This document shows positions 8,094 to 16,303 of a DNA stretch of 16,303 nucleotides, piece after piece (within the stretch, counting starts at the first letter, position 1; the number at the start of each line of letters is the position of its first letter). A program made the translations under genes and the position numbers. Below the pieces are notes generated by a model. The model saw nothing but the letters and a program-made list of their open reading frames with translations, was not told where the DNA came from and searched no databases. The stretch comes from Chthoniobacteraceae bacterium (GTDB lineage Bacteria; Verrucomicrobiota; Verrucomicrobiia; Chthoniobacterales; Chthoniobacteraceae), in contig JBBCKI010000022.1 of the NCBI GenBank assembly GCA_037190965.1, positions 1-16,303 of the forward strand, written 5' to 3'.

Positions 8094-8501
8094 TTAAGGA
8101 GTGGCAGGAGACGGTTCGGAGAGCGTTGGGCTTGGCATCGCCTCGCCACCCGGCAATCCTTGCTTTTCCGTAGCCCTTTCCTTCGCTTTCTCCAGATGCT
8201 GCTCCATCTGTTTGTGCATCTGCTTACGCTGGTCAATCAGCGTGTTAACCGCTGCCGTCAGCGCATCGATTTTCTTGTCTCCGGAGGCCGACTTCAGATC
8301 CGACTGCACTTTATCGAGTTCCTTGTCCTGCTTCTTCAATTCGGACTCGATTTTCTCACGCATCTTTTCTCTATCCGCCTGCCGTTTTTCCCAGCGCTCC
8401 TTGATTTTCTCAAGTCTCGGCGTCTCGGCCATTGCCTGACCGCACATTACCGTCGAGAGCGCGCCTGCCATTAGGATACTCACCAGTTGTACCGCTTTCA
8501 T
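8094..8501 (-). CDS. Hypothetical secreted alpha-helical/coiled-coil protein, 135 aa
   Basis: Sec-like signal MKAVQLVSILMAGALSTVMCGQAMA|ET, an E/K-rich helical core and a Pro/Ser-rich tail. Confidence 0.8.
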   Translation of the reverse strand: MKAVQLVSILMAGALSTVMCGQAMAETPRLEKIKERWEKRQADREKMREKIESELKKQDKELDKVQSDLKSASGDKKIDALTAAVNTLIDQRKQMHKQMEQHLEKAKERATEKQGLPGGEAMPSPTLSEPSPATP

Positions 8502-8535
8502 ACCTTGGTTTCGGCTCCCAACCGGCCGACGGCCC

Positions 8536-8569
8536 GAAATTCTTGCCGGGTGGGGGAAATTCCTGCCGG
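8536..8569. promoter_or_regulatory. 14-bp direct repeat, candidate transcription factor site
   Basis: GAAATTCTTGCCGG (8536-8549) and GAAATTCCTGCCGG (8556-8569), 13/14 identical, 20-bp period, upstream of the 8501 start. Confidence 0.55.
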
Positions 8570-8572
8570 ATT

Positions 8573-9451
8573 TTACGCCTGCGCTCCGCTCCTACCCTCC
8601 AGGAGCTTTTTGGGAGAAATCCCGAAGACCCGCTTGAAGGCTCGCGAAAAGTTGTAGGGATCCACAAACCCGAGTTCCTGCGCGGTTTCCTTGACCGTAT
8701 GCCTCCCGTCCTGAAGCAAATCGACGGCCCGGTTCATCTTCAGGTTTTGAAGGTATTGGAACGGCGTTTGCCTCCGGAAACGTCGAAAGAGCCGGCAAAG
8801 ATAAGCCGAGTCGACATGACACGCCTCCGCAGCCTCCTGCAAGGTGTGAACGGAGAGAAAGTTCTCCTCGATGAACTCCCGGCACCGCCGATAAGTGGCC
8901 ACCGCCGCCGTATTGGGGTCGCCCTCGGGCACGGCGAGATCGGCGATTTTCATCACCAGGTAATGCAGCGCCACATTGCACATTCGCTGCCGGTTGGCGT
9001 GGTCGCCCAGCCCATGCTCAATCAGATCGTCGAACACCTGCTGAACCTCCCCAGGGTGCATCATCTGGATAACCCCAACCTGCGCAAGCTGGCATTCGCT
9101 CAGGAGTTCCCTGGCCCCCTCGCCTGCCACCGCGACAAAATATTTCGTCAACCCATGCTCGCGGCTTGCCTGGATCCGGTGAGGAATCCCCTCGCCGTAA
9201 ATAAAAACCATCCCCGGTTTGAGGGCGTGTTCCTGCCCAAGCAACGTGAGAGTCCCCATGCCGCGACTGACAAACTCGATGATGAGGTGGGGAAACCCGG
9301 GGCGCTCGATGTCGTAATCGGGCAGGCACCGCTCCCAACCTCCGCTGACCACCCGGGGCTGCCGTTTGGCCATGGGGTTCAGTTCCAGATAGAAGCGGCG
9401 GGCCTCCAGGACCTGTGTGCTGAAATACTTGGGCTCCGGCTTTTCGCGCAT
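8573..9451 (-). CDS. AraC-family transcriptional regulator, probable fucose-responsive activator
   Basis: Cupin-like N-domain ([11 protein letters not shown]...LKPG.VFIY....PH). C-terminal double HTH (YLCRLFRR...TPFQY and [28 protein letters not shown]). Likely start ATG 9451; divergent from fucI. Confidence 0.93.
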   Translation of the reverse strand: MREKPEPKYFSTQVLEARRFYLELNPMAKRQPRVVSGGWERCLPDYDIERPGFPHLIIEFVSRGMGTLTLLGQEHALKPGMVFIYGEGIPHRIQASREHGLTKYFVAVAGEGARELLSECQLAQVGVIQMMHPGEVQQVFDDLIEHGLGDHANRQRMCNVALHYLVMKIADLAVPEGDPNTAAVATYRRCREFIEENFLSVHTLQEAAEACHVDSAYLCRLFRRFRRQTPFQYLQNLKMNRAVDLLQDGRHTVKETAQELGFVDPYNFSRAFKRVFGISPKKLLEGRSGAQA

Positions 9452-9481
9452 GGGCGAAGAGTGGCCGCTTTCCTCTGAAAA

Positions 9482-9517
9482 GTCAAAATTTGACATCCCT
9501 TGGTCAATCCATGCCAT
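9482..9517 (+). promoter_or_regulatory. Candidate AraC-type tandem half-sites upstream of fucI
   Basis: GTCAAaattTGaCAT (9482-9496) and GTCAAtccaTGcCAT (9503-9517), 21-bp period. Confidence 0.6.
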
Positions 9518-9570
9518 TGCGGCCCCGCATTCCCCCGGACAACACTCGTCCAACCTCCGCTTACACCGTC

Positions 9571-11367
9571 ATGAGCAATTCCACCTCCCCCTTCCCCCTT
9601 ACCGCAACTTTTCCGAAAGTCGGCATCCGCCCGACCATTGACGGCCGCCTCGGCGGCGTCCGTGAATCGCTGGAAACCCAGACCATGGAAATGGCAAGGG
9701 CGGCTGCCGCCCTGATCTCCTCCACGCTCCGCTACCCGAACGGTCAACCTGTCGAATGCGTGATCGCAGACTCCACCATCGGCGGCGTGGCTGAAGCGGC
9801 CGCCTGTGCCGAAAAATTTTCCCGCGAAGGCGTGGGCGTCTCGCTCACCGTCACCCGCTGCTGGTGCTACGGCTCGGAGACGATGGACATGACCCCGCAG
9901 ATCCCCAAGGCAGTCTGGGGCTTCAACGGCACCGAACGTCCCGGCGCGGTCTATCTCGCCGCCGTGCTCGCGGGCCACACCCAGAAGGGCATCCCCGCGT
10001 TCGGGATCTACGGACGCGATGTTCAGGACATTGACGACTCGTCCATCCCCGCCGACGTGGAGGAAAAGATCCTGCAATTTGTTCGCGCCGGGCTTGCCAC
10101 CGCCACGTTGCGCGGGAAAGCGTACATTGCGGTAGGCGGCGTCTCGATGGGAATCGCGGGGTCGATTGTGGATCAACCCTTCTTTGAAAACTACCTCGGG
10201 ATGCGCGTGGAAACGATCGACTCGACGGAGGTGATCCGCCGCATTGAGCGGGGCATCTACGACCACGAGGAATACGAGCGCGCGCTCGCTTGGGTCAAAA
10301 AGAACTGCAAGGAGGGCAAAGACTATAACTCCCCGGAAAGCACCCGCTGCCGCGAAAAGCTCGACGGCGAATGGGAATATTCCATCAAAATGGCGCTCAT
10401 TGTCCGCGACCTCATGGTCGGCAACCCCAACCTCGCCGAACTGGGCTACGGAGAAGAAGCGCAGGGCCATCACGCCATCGCCTCCGGCTTCCAGGGGCAG
10501 CGCCAGTGGACCGATCACCTTCCCAATGGCGACTTCATGGAGGCGATCCTCAACAGTTCCTTTGACTGGAACGGCATCCGCGCCCCGTTCATCGTCGCCA
10601 CCGAGAACGACTGCCTCAATGGCGCGTCGATGCTTCTCAACTACCTGCTCACCAACACCGCGCAGATCTTCGCCGACGTCCGCACCTACTGGAGCCCCGA
10701 TGCCGTAAAACGCGTGAGCGGGCACCAACTCGAAGGCAAGGCTGCCGGGGGCATCCTGCACCTCATCAACTCGGGCCCAGCCACGCTTGACGGCGCGGGC
10801 AGGCAGAGCCGCGATGGCAAGCCTGTGATGAAGCCGTTCTGGGAGATCGACGAAGCCGAAGCCCAGGCCTGTCTCGACGCCACCACCTGGCACCCCTCCA
10901 TAACGGAATATTTCCGTGGCGGCGGTTGGTCCACCCGCTTCCGCACCCGTGGTGGCATGCCGGTCACGATGTGCCGGATCAATCTGGTCAAAGGCCTCGG
11001 GCCCGCGCTTCAGATCGCCGAAGGTTACACTGTCGATCTTCCCGACGACGTTCACAACGTGCTCGACGAACGGACCAACGCCACCTGGCCGACCACCTGG
11101 TTCGCGCCGACCCTTACTGGCGAAGGGGCGTTCCGCGACGTCTACAGCGTCATGAATAACTGGGGCGCCAACCACGGGGCGATCAGCTACGGCCACATCG
11201 GCGGAGATTTGATCACCCTCGCCGCCATGCTCCGCATCCCGGTATACATGCACAACGTCGCGCCGGAGCGCGTCTTCCGCCCCAGCGCATGGGCCGCCTT
11301 CGGCACCGATGGCCTGGAAGGGGCGGACTTCCGCGCCTGCGCGAACTTCGGGCCGCTCTATCGATAG
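9571..11367 (+). CDS. fucI: L-fucose isomerase, 598 aa
   Basis: [83 protein letters not shown] and DFRAC.NFGPLY motifs. Confidence 0.98.
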   Translation: MSNSTSPFPLTATFPKVGIRPTIDGRLGGVRESLETQTMEMARAAAALISSTLRYPNGQPVECVIADSTIGGVAEAAACAEKFSREGVGVSLTVTRCWCYGSETMDMTPQIPKAVWGFNGTERPGAVYLAAVLAGHTQKGIPAFGIYGRDVQDIDDSSIPADVEEKILQFVRAGLATATLRGKAYIAVGGVSMGIAGSIVDQPFFENYLGMRVETIDSTEVIRRIERGIYDHEEYERALAWVKKNCKEGKDYNSPESTRCREKLDGEWEYSIKMALIVRDLMVGNPNLAELGYGEEAQGHHAIASGFQGQRQWTDHLPNGDFMEAILNSSFDWNGIRAPFIVATENDCLNGASMLLNYLLTNTAQIFADVRTYWSPDAVKRVSGHQLEGKAAGGILHLINSGPATLDGAGRQSRDGKPVMKPFWEIDEAEAQACLDATTWHPSITEYFRGGGWSTRFRTRGGMPVTMCRINLVKGLGPALQIAEGYTVDLPDDVHNVLDERTNATWPTTWFAPTLTGEGAFRDVYSVMNNWGANHGAISYGHIGGDLITLAAMLRIPVYMHNVAPERVFRPSAWAAFGTDGLEGADFRACANFGPLYR

Positions 11368-11372
11368 AACGA

Positions 11373-11407
11373 GGAAAACCGGAAAGCGGAGATCGGAAAC
11401 CGGAAAG
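11373..11407. repeat. Degenerate heptamer tandem repeat (CGGAAAS-like, about 5 units)
   Basis: GGAAAAC CGGAAAG CGGAGAT CGGAAAC CGGAAAG immediately after the fucI stop. Confidence 0.7.
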
Positions 11408-11410
11408 TTT

Positions 11411-11474
11411 GAGCGCTCCCGCGCCAATTGCGCGTCGGGAGCGTTCTCCCTTGTTCCCAAAGTTTCTTTGGGAA
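11411..11474 (+). terminator. Two hairpins after fucI, terminator-like or stabilising
   Basis: GAGCGCTCCC (11411-20) / GGGAGCGTTC (11437-46) with an inner GCGC/GCGC pair, then a perfect TTCCCAAAG-TTT-CTTTGGGAA (11454-11474). The U-tail is weak. Confidence 0.5.
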
Positions 11475-11549
11475 GTCGTGGAACGGAATGAATTTCCGCG
11501 CCCGAGGGTTGAGCAGCGAGGGGATCGTAGGTTAAAGATAGGCCACTTT

Positions 11550-13211
11550 ATGGCGACCCCTTTTCAATATCAGGATCCCTTCCCGCTTGGGAAGGACGCG
11601 ACGGAGTACTATTTGTTGACCCGCGACGGCCTCTCCACGGCGGAATTCGAAGGCCAGGAGATCCTGAAGGTGGCGCCGGAGGCACTCACGGCGCTGGCCC
11701 GTGCCGCGTTCCACGATTGTGCCTTTATGCTCCGGCCCGCGCACCTCGCGCAGGTGGCCGCCATTCTTGATGACCCGGAGGCGAGCGACAACGACCGCTA
11801 TGTCGCCCTCACCCTTCTGCGCAATGCCGAGGTAGCCGCCCGTGGCGTCCTCCCCTTCTGTCAGGACACCGGCACCGCGACCATCGTGGGGAAAAAAGGG
11901 CAGCAAGTCTGGACCGGCGGCGACGACGGGGAGGCCCTATCGAGAGGCGTCTACGACTGTTACGCCGAGGAGAACCTCCGTTACTCGCAGACCGCCGCCC
12001 TCGATATGTACGAGGAGAAGAACACCGGCAACAATCTTCCCGCGCAGATCGACCTCTACGCCACTGGCGGCGCGGAGTATAAATTCCTCTTCGTGGCAAA
12101 GGGAGGCGGATCGGCCAACAAGACCTATCTCTTCCAGGAGACCAAGGCCCTCCTGAATCCCAAGAGCCTCGTCGCGTTTCTCGTGGATAAGATGAAGTCG
12201 CTCGGCACCGCCGCCTGCCCGCCGTATCACATCGCCTTTGTCATCGGCGGAACGAGCGCGGAGGCATGTCTCAAGACGGTGAAGCTCGCCTCCACCAAGT
12301 ACCTCGATTCGCTCCCGACCGCCGGGAACGCGCAAGGACAGGCGTTCCGCGACGTGGAACTGGAGGCCGCCGTGCTCAAGGAGGCGCAGGACCTCGGGAT
12401 CGGCGCGCAGTTTGGCGGGAAGTATTTCGCGCTCGATGTCCGCATCGTCCGGTTGCCGCGTCACGGCGCGTCGTGCCCCGTCGGCATGGGCGTCTCCTGC
12501 TCGGCGGACCGCAACATCAAGGCAAAGATCAACAAGGATGGCGTCTGGCTGGAGAAGCTGGAGACCAATCCCGGCCGGTTCATCCCGGAGCAATACCGCA
12601 AGGCGAACGAAGGTACTGTCGTCGCCGTCGACCTCAACCGTCCGATGCCTGAAATCCTCGGCGAGCTTTCGGCCTACCCGGTTTCCACGCGACTTTCCCT
12701 CACCGGCACCATCATCGTCGCCCGCGACATCGCCCATGCGAAGATCAAGGAGAGGATCGACGCGGGCAACGGCCTGCCGGAATACCTCAAGGCGCACCCT
12801 GTCTATTACGCGGGCCCGGCCAAGACGCCCGAGGGAATGCCCTCCGGCTCGTTCGGCCCCACCACGGCGGGCCGCATGGATAGCTATGTCGAACTCTTCC
12901 AGTCGCAGGGCGGCTCAATGATCATGATCGCCAAGGGGAACCGCAGCCCGCAGGTCACGCAAGCATGCCAGACGCACGGCGGCTTCTATCTCGGCTCCAT
13001 CGGTGGTCCCGCGGCCATTCTGGCCCAGGAGAACATCAGCAAAGTGGAGGTGGTCGAATATCCGGAGCTGGGAATGGAGGCGGTCTGGAAGATCGAAGTG
13101 CGCGACTTCCCCGCCTTCATCCTCGTCGACGACAAGGGCAACGATTTCTTCCAGCAAATCGGCAAGGGTGGCTGCCAGGTATGCGCTCCCACCCCGAACG
13201 GAAAGAAATAG
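11550..13211 (+). CDS. fumA: Class I (Fe-S) fumarate hydratase, FumA/FumB type, 553 aa
   Basis: [74 protein letters not shown] and DDKGNDFF motifs. Start ATG 11550; fumA and fumB cannot be distinguished. Confidence 0.96.
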   Translation: MATPFQYQDPFPLGKDATEYYLLTRDGLSTAEFEGQEILKVAPEALTALARAAFHDCAFMLRPAHLAQVAAILDDPEASDNDRYVALTLLRNAEVAARGVLPFCQDTGTATIVGKKGQQVWTGGDDGEALSRGVYDCYAEENLRYSQTAALDMYEEKNTGNNLPAQIDLYATGGAEYKFLFVAKGGGSANKTYLFQETKALLNPKSLVAFLVDKMKSLGTAACPPYHIAFVIGGTSAEACLKTVKLASTKYLDSLPTAGNAQGQAFRDVELEAAVLKEAQDLGIGAQFGGKYFALDVRIVRLPRHGASCPVGMGVSCSADRNIKAKINKDGVWLEKLETNPGRFIPEQYRKANEGTVVAVDLNRPMPEILGELSAYPVSTRLSLTGTIIVARDIAHAKIKERIDAGNGLPEYLKAHPVYYAGPAKTPEGMPSGSFGPTTAGRMDSYVELFQSQGGSMIMIAKGNRSPQVTQACQTHGGFYLGSIGGPAAILAQENISKVEVVEYPELGMEAVWKIEVRDFPAFILVDDKGNDFFQQIGKGGCQVCAPTPNGKK

Positions 13212-13218
13212 CCAAGGC

Positions 13219-13848
13219 ATGACGTCCGTTTTTGCCTTCCCACCGGAAACGGTGGAGTTCTTTCCCGAGGATTACTTTGCGCCTCTCGATATGGGGCCCC
13301 TTTTTCCGTGCCCCGGCGTGCCGTTGGAGATTGACCTCGGGTGCGGCGACGGCGGATTTCTGACCGCCATGGCAAAGCGCACCCCGGAGCACAACTTCCT
13401 GGGCGTGGAACGGCTGCTCGGGCGGGTGCGCCGCTGCACGCGGCTGGCCGCCCGCTTCGGGCTCACCAACGTGCGGATGCTGCGGATCGAGAGTCATTAT
13501 TTCCTCCGCTACCTGCTGCCGCCGGGCGCGGCATCGGTGATCCACATCTTGTTCCCGGACCCATGGCCCAAGCGGCGGCACCAGTCGCGCCGGTTGTTTC
13601 AGACCGAGTTCCTCGATACCGCGCGAATCGCGCTTACCGAGCGGGGCGAGATCCGCTTCACGACGGACGATCTCCCCTACTACACCCATGCGCTCGAAGT
13701 GGCCGGAACGCATGCCGGGTTCGAGCAGGTGCCATGGGAACCGGGCGAAGACTATCCGCAAACCGATTTCGAACGGGAATTTCGCGGCAAGGGGCTGCCG
13801 ATCTATCGGCTGCTGCTTCGCAAGGTGCGGTCATCGACGAATCCTTGA
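13219..13848 (+). CDS. trmB: tRNA (guanine-N7)-methyltransferase, 209 aa
   Basis: LEIDLGCGDGGFL, NFLGVE, FPDPWPKRRH..RRL, F.TD...Y and TDFEREF motifs; starts 7 bp after the fumarate hydratase stop. Confidence 0.94.
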   Translation: MTSVFAFPPETVEFFPEDYFAPLDMGPLFPCPGVPLEIDLGCGDGGFLTAMAKRTPEHNFLGVERLLGRVRRCTRLAARFGLTNVRMLRIESHYFLRYLLPPGAASVIHILFPDPWPKRRHQSRRLFQTEFLDTARIALTERGEIRFTTDDLPYYTHALEVAGTHAGFEQVPWEPGEDYPQTDFEREFRGKGLPIYRLLLRKVRSSTNP

Positions 13849-16142
13849 GCCGTCCATTCGCCGTGCCGGTCAATCGCGATCCGCACCGCGCCGCTGGCTT
13901 CCTGCCGTAGCAGGCCGATCCCTGCCGTTTCAAGTCGCGAGGCCCACTCTTCCTTCACCCGCTGGGCGGCGGGGTACTCCGCGCTGCTCGTGACCACCGC
14001 GAGCGGCTGCACGGCGGCGAGAAACTCCGGCGTGCCGGAGAGGTCCGACACATGCATTCCCTTGATGAAAAGATCGCTCCGCAATTCCCCAGGCGGCAGG
14101 TTCTCCAGCAGCCAACGTTCCGTGGTGAACCCCGCATCCGAGGTGAAAAGCAGCCGCTTGGTTCCGCCCGCCGTCTCCACGTCGAGCCGCAGGACCAATG
14201 CCTTGTCGTCGGCGGTGCGAAGCTTCAATCCGGTGGGCGGGTAGAGCACATGAAGGACGATCCCCGGCGCGAGACTCACCGCATCGCCACGGCGGAGGAT
14301 CGATTTCCCGGTTGCGGATTCCGCCAGGAGCGTGTGGAGCCTTCGGCGAAGCGAAGAACGATCGCGGTAGGCGGAATCGAGCACTTCCGCCACCGGCAGC
14401 GATTCCAGCAGGCTCTCCGCGCCGCCCAGATGCTTGGAGTCGCCGTGCGTAAAGATCAACCCATCGAGCCGGTTGACGCCCCGGCTTCGGAGGTAAGGCA
14501 GGACGCTCCAGCGAAACGCTCCCGCCCCGCCGCAGTCGATCATCCAGTCCCGCCGCTGATCGCCTTCGGCGCGGGTGCGGATATAAATCGCCCCGCCCCC
14601 TGTGAGATCGAGAATCTCCACTTCGCAAAGCGGAGCCTTTCGTAGCGCCGGTTTCTCCACGTAGAGATGCGAGCCGGGAACCGAGGCAAGCAAGGAGAGC
14701 GCTCCCATCAATGCCTTGGTGAAAATCAAATTGGCGTTATTGAGGGTGACGGAAAACCACGTGGAAACCGAGCCCACCAACGCCGAGCCAAGCCCCAGCG
14801 CAAGAATGATCCACGAAAACGCAATCGCCACGACGTTGGCGGGAACTGAAGAAGGCGACCAGAGATTGAAATAAGCGACCGTCAACGGTACTGATCCCAG
14901 CCATGCGGCAAAGGAAACCGCAAACGCCGCCGTCAAATGGCGCATCGCCCAGGCTTGAGAAACGAGCCTGGGCGACCAAAGGCTCCGCGGCAGGAACGGA
15001 TCAGGCTGCCCGAAACGGCCGAACCACGTCTGGAACGGCATCGCCCACGCCAGAAGAACGGCCACCATCAGAAAGGAAAGCTGAAAACCGGGGCGAAAAA
15101 GCTGGTCGGGGTCCACCAGCACGATGGCCAGGGCCGAAGCTCCCAGTGTGTTCCAGGAAAGGGCGGGCCGGTCGAGAATGATCCCGCCCAGCGCCACTGT
15201 CGCCATGATCGTCGCGCGGAGGCTGCTGGGAGTGAGCCCCGTGACAAAGCAATAAAGCCAGAGCACCGGCAGCACCGACAATGCGGCGGCCCTGCGCGGG
15301 AGGCCCGCCATCTGGAAGGCCGCGAAGGCCATGGCGGCAAGCATTGCGGTGTGGATTCCGCTGACGGAGAAGAGATGAATTGTCCCGGTATAGCGGAAGA
15401 GATCAAGCACATCGCCACTGATCTCCGCCTGCGTGCCAAGCACCATGCTTTGAATGACGGAAACCGCCTCTGGCGAATCCTCGAGATCCTGCGCCATCGT
15501 CCGCTCCATCCAGCGCCGCAGCTTCAAGGAAAGGGCGATGAGCCGGTTGCCGCAATCCGAGGCGACAACCCGGGCGTCGGCCGGATAGCGGACGCGCACT
15601 TCCGACCAGACCCCCTGCCGCTTTCGGACGGCAGGCGCGTCGAACTCCCCGGGATTGCGCGGGCGATGCAGATTACGGGCGGTGCCGGTGAACTCCACGC
15701 GATCCCCGTAAACAGGCGGCGGCAATTCAGCCGGCCAGGTCACGGCAACCCGTGCCGAGGAAGGATACGACTCACCTCGGAGTTTCGCCGACTCCAGACG
15801 CACATAGAAACGGGGCGCACCGGGCACCGGGTCTTCATCCACGACTCCCACGCCGTGCAATACACTTCCCGAGGGCGCGATCTGCCCGGCGAGCAGTCGC
15901 CCCGGGTAATTCGCCTGCCGGACCCATTGCCCGCAGCAGGCCAAAGCCGTCAAGGCGAGCCAGAGGCTCCAGCGGCGAGCGGGCGCGGTGCGCAGGCTGG
16001 CAGACAAAGCACTCCCCGCGACCAGGAGCATCGTGACGATCCAGAACCATTCCCGTTGCTCCGAAAAGCTGTCCGCCACAACAATCCCCGCCATCAGGCA
16101 AAGTGCCCCTTCGAACAAAGGCTGGCGGGGTCTCAGAAACAT
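13803..16142 (-). CDS. comEC: ComEC/Rec2 DNA-uptake competence protein (DUF4131/OB + Competence + MBL-like domains)
   Basis: PRNPGEFD, G..HLFSVSG.H, TG..PSS.RA.IM and P..L..PGFQLSF motifs, multiple transmembrane segments, and a C-terminal beta-lactamase-like fold (IDCG, LPYLRSRGV.RLD.L.FTH). Confidence 0.93.
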   Translation of the reverse strand: MFLRPRQPLFEGALCLMAGIVVADSFSEQREWFWIVTMLLVAGSALSASLRTAPARRWSLWLALTALACCGQWVRQANYPGRLLAGQIAPSGSVLHGVGVVDEDPVPGAPRFYVRLESAKLRGESYPSSARVAVTWPAELPPPVYGDRVEFTGTARNLHRPRNPGEFDAPAVRKRQGVWSEVRVRYPADARVVASDCGNRLIALSLKLRRWMERTMAQDLEDSPEAVSVIQSMVLGTQAEISGDVLDLFRYTGTIHLFSVSGIHTAMLAAMAFAAFQMAGLPRRAAALSVLPVLWLYCFVTGLTPSSLRATIMATVALGGIILDRPALSWNTLGASALAIVLVDPDQLFRPGFQLSFLMVAVLLAWAMPFQTWFGRFGQPDPFLPRSLWSPRLVSQAWAMRHLTAAFAVSFAAWLGSVPLTVAYFNLWSPSSVPANVVAIAFSWIILALGLGSALVGSVSTWFSVTLNNANLIFTKALMGALSLLASVPGSHLYVEKPALRKAPLCEVEILDLTGGGAIYIRTRAEGDQRRDWMIDCGGAGAFRWSVLPYLRSRGVNRLDGLIFTHGDSKHLGGAESLLESLPVAEVLDSAYRDRSSLRRRLHTLLAESATGKSILRRGDAVSLAPGIVLHVLYPPTGLKLRTADDKALVLRLDVETAGGTKRLLFTSDAGFTTERWLLENLPPGELRSDLFIKGMHVSDLSGTPEFLAAVQPLAVVTSSAEYPAAQRVKEEWASRLETAGIGLLRQEASGAVRIAIDRHGEWTAQGFVDDRTLRSSSR

Positions 16143-16222
16143 CCGGCAACGGATTGCATCTAACTGATCGCCGCGTACAGCAAAAAACGTGATGAATCAG
16201 GGCCAACGCCATCCGAAAGATA

Positions 16223-16289
16223 TCGCGCCAAAGGCCGCCAGGGTCAGAAGATTCTGAAAACTTGGCGAGCCTGGCGGCCTTTGGCGCGA
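16223..16289. repeat. REP-like 20-bp perfect inverted repeat
   Basis: TCGCGCCAAAGGCCGCCAGG (16223-16242) / CCTGGCGGCCTTTGGCGCGA (16270-16289), with a 27-bp spacer. Confidence 0.8.
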
Positions 16290-16303
16290 GACAGTTGCCC
16301 TCA

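Noticed and set aside
11373..11407. Short repeats as a CRISPR array (also 8536-8569)
   Set aside because: Units are too short, there are no unique spacers, and no cas genes are present.
9379..11460. 693-aa minus-strand ORF opposite fucI (similarly 3917..5392, 8432..9478, 11937..12797, 14937..16163, 2059..3027)
   Set aside because: Antisense shadow ORFs over well-supported genes; stop-poor because of high GC and codon bias, with no motifs.
11289..11549. Longer ORF-track starts for fum (11289), and likewise trmB (13003), fucI (9490), araC (9553), rluA (7744) and HIT (7555)
   Set aside because: The extensions overlap neighbouring genes or regulatory DNA and lack family similarity; the downstream ATGs match family N-termini.
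13172..13185. C-terminal CxxC (CQVC) in fumarate hydratase as a novel metal site
   Set aside because: A similar C-terminal CxxC occurs in E. coli FumA-type enzymes, so it is not unusual.

Overview
GC-rich bacterial chromosomal segment. The autotransporter style, the AraC-fucI pair, the SD-poor starts and a Lys-rich pre-barrel motif suggest Verrucomicrobiota, possibly Chthoniobacterales/Spartobacteria (inference only). It holds 12 credible CDSs: htpG(-); rhodanese-like/YceI fusion(+) followed by a VOC/CatE-like protein(+); PATR-repeat autotransporter(-); RluA-family pseudouridine synthase(-); HIT protein(+); small secreted coiled-coil protein(-); AraC regulator(-) divergent from L-fucose isomerase fucI(+); class I fumarate hydratase(+); trmB(+); and ComEC/Rec2(-). 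I found no rRNA, tRNA, CRISPR array or transposase. The region is mostly housekeeping and I see no clear multi-gene novel system. The best leads are a hairpin-dense ~150-nt structured element 3' of the autotransporter, a Cys-less rhodanese-YceI plus VOC module, a ComEC with a degenerate metallo-beta-lactamase site, AraC-type direct repeats (21-bp period) before fucI, a 20-bp-period direct repeat before the secreted protein, a compositionally mosaic autotransporter passenger, and a REP-like 20-bp inverted repeat.
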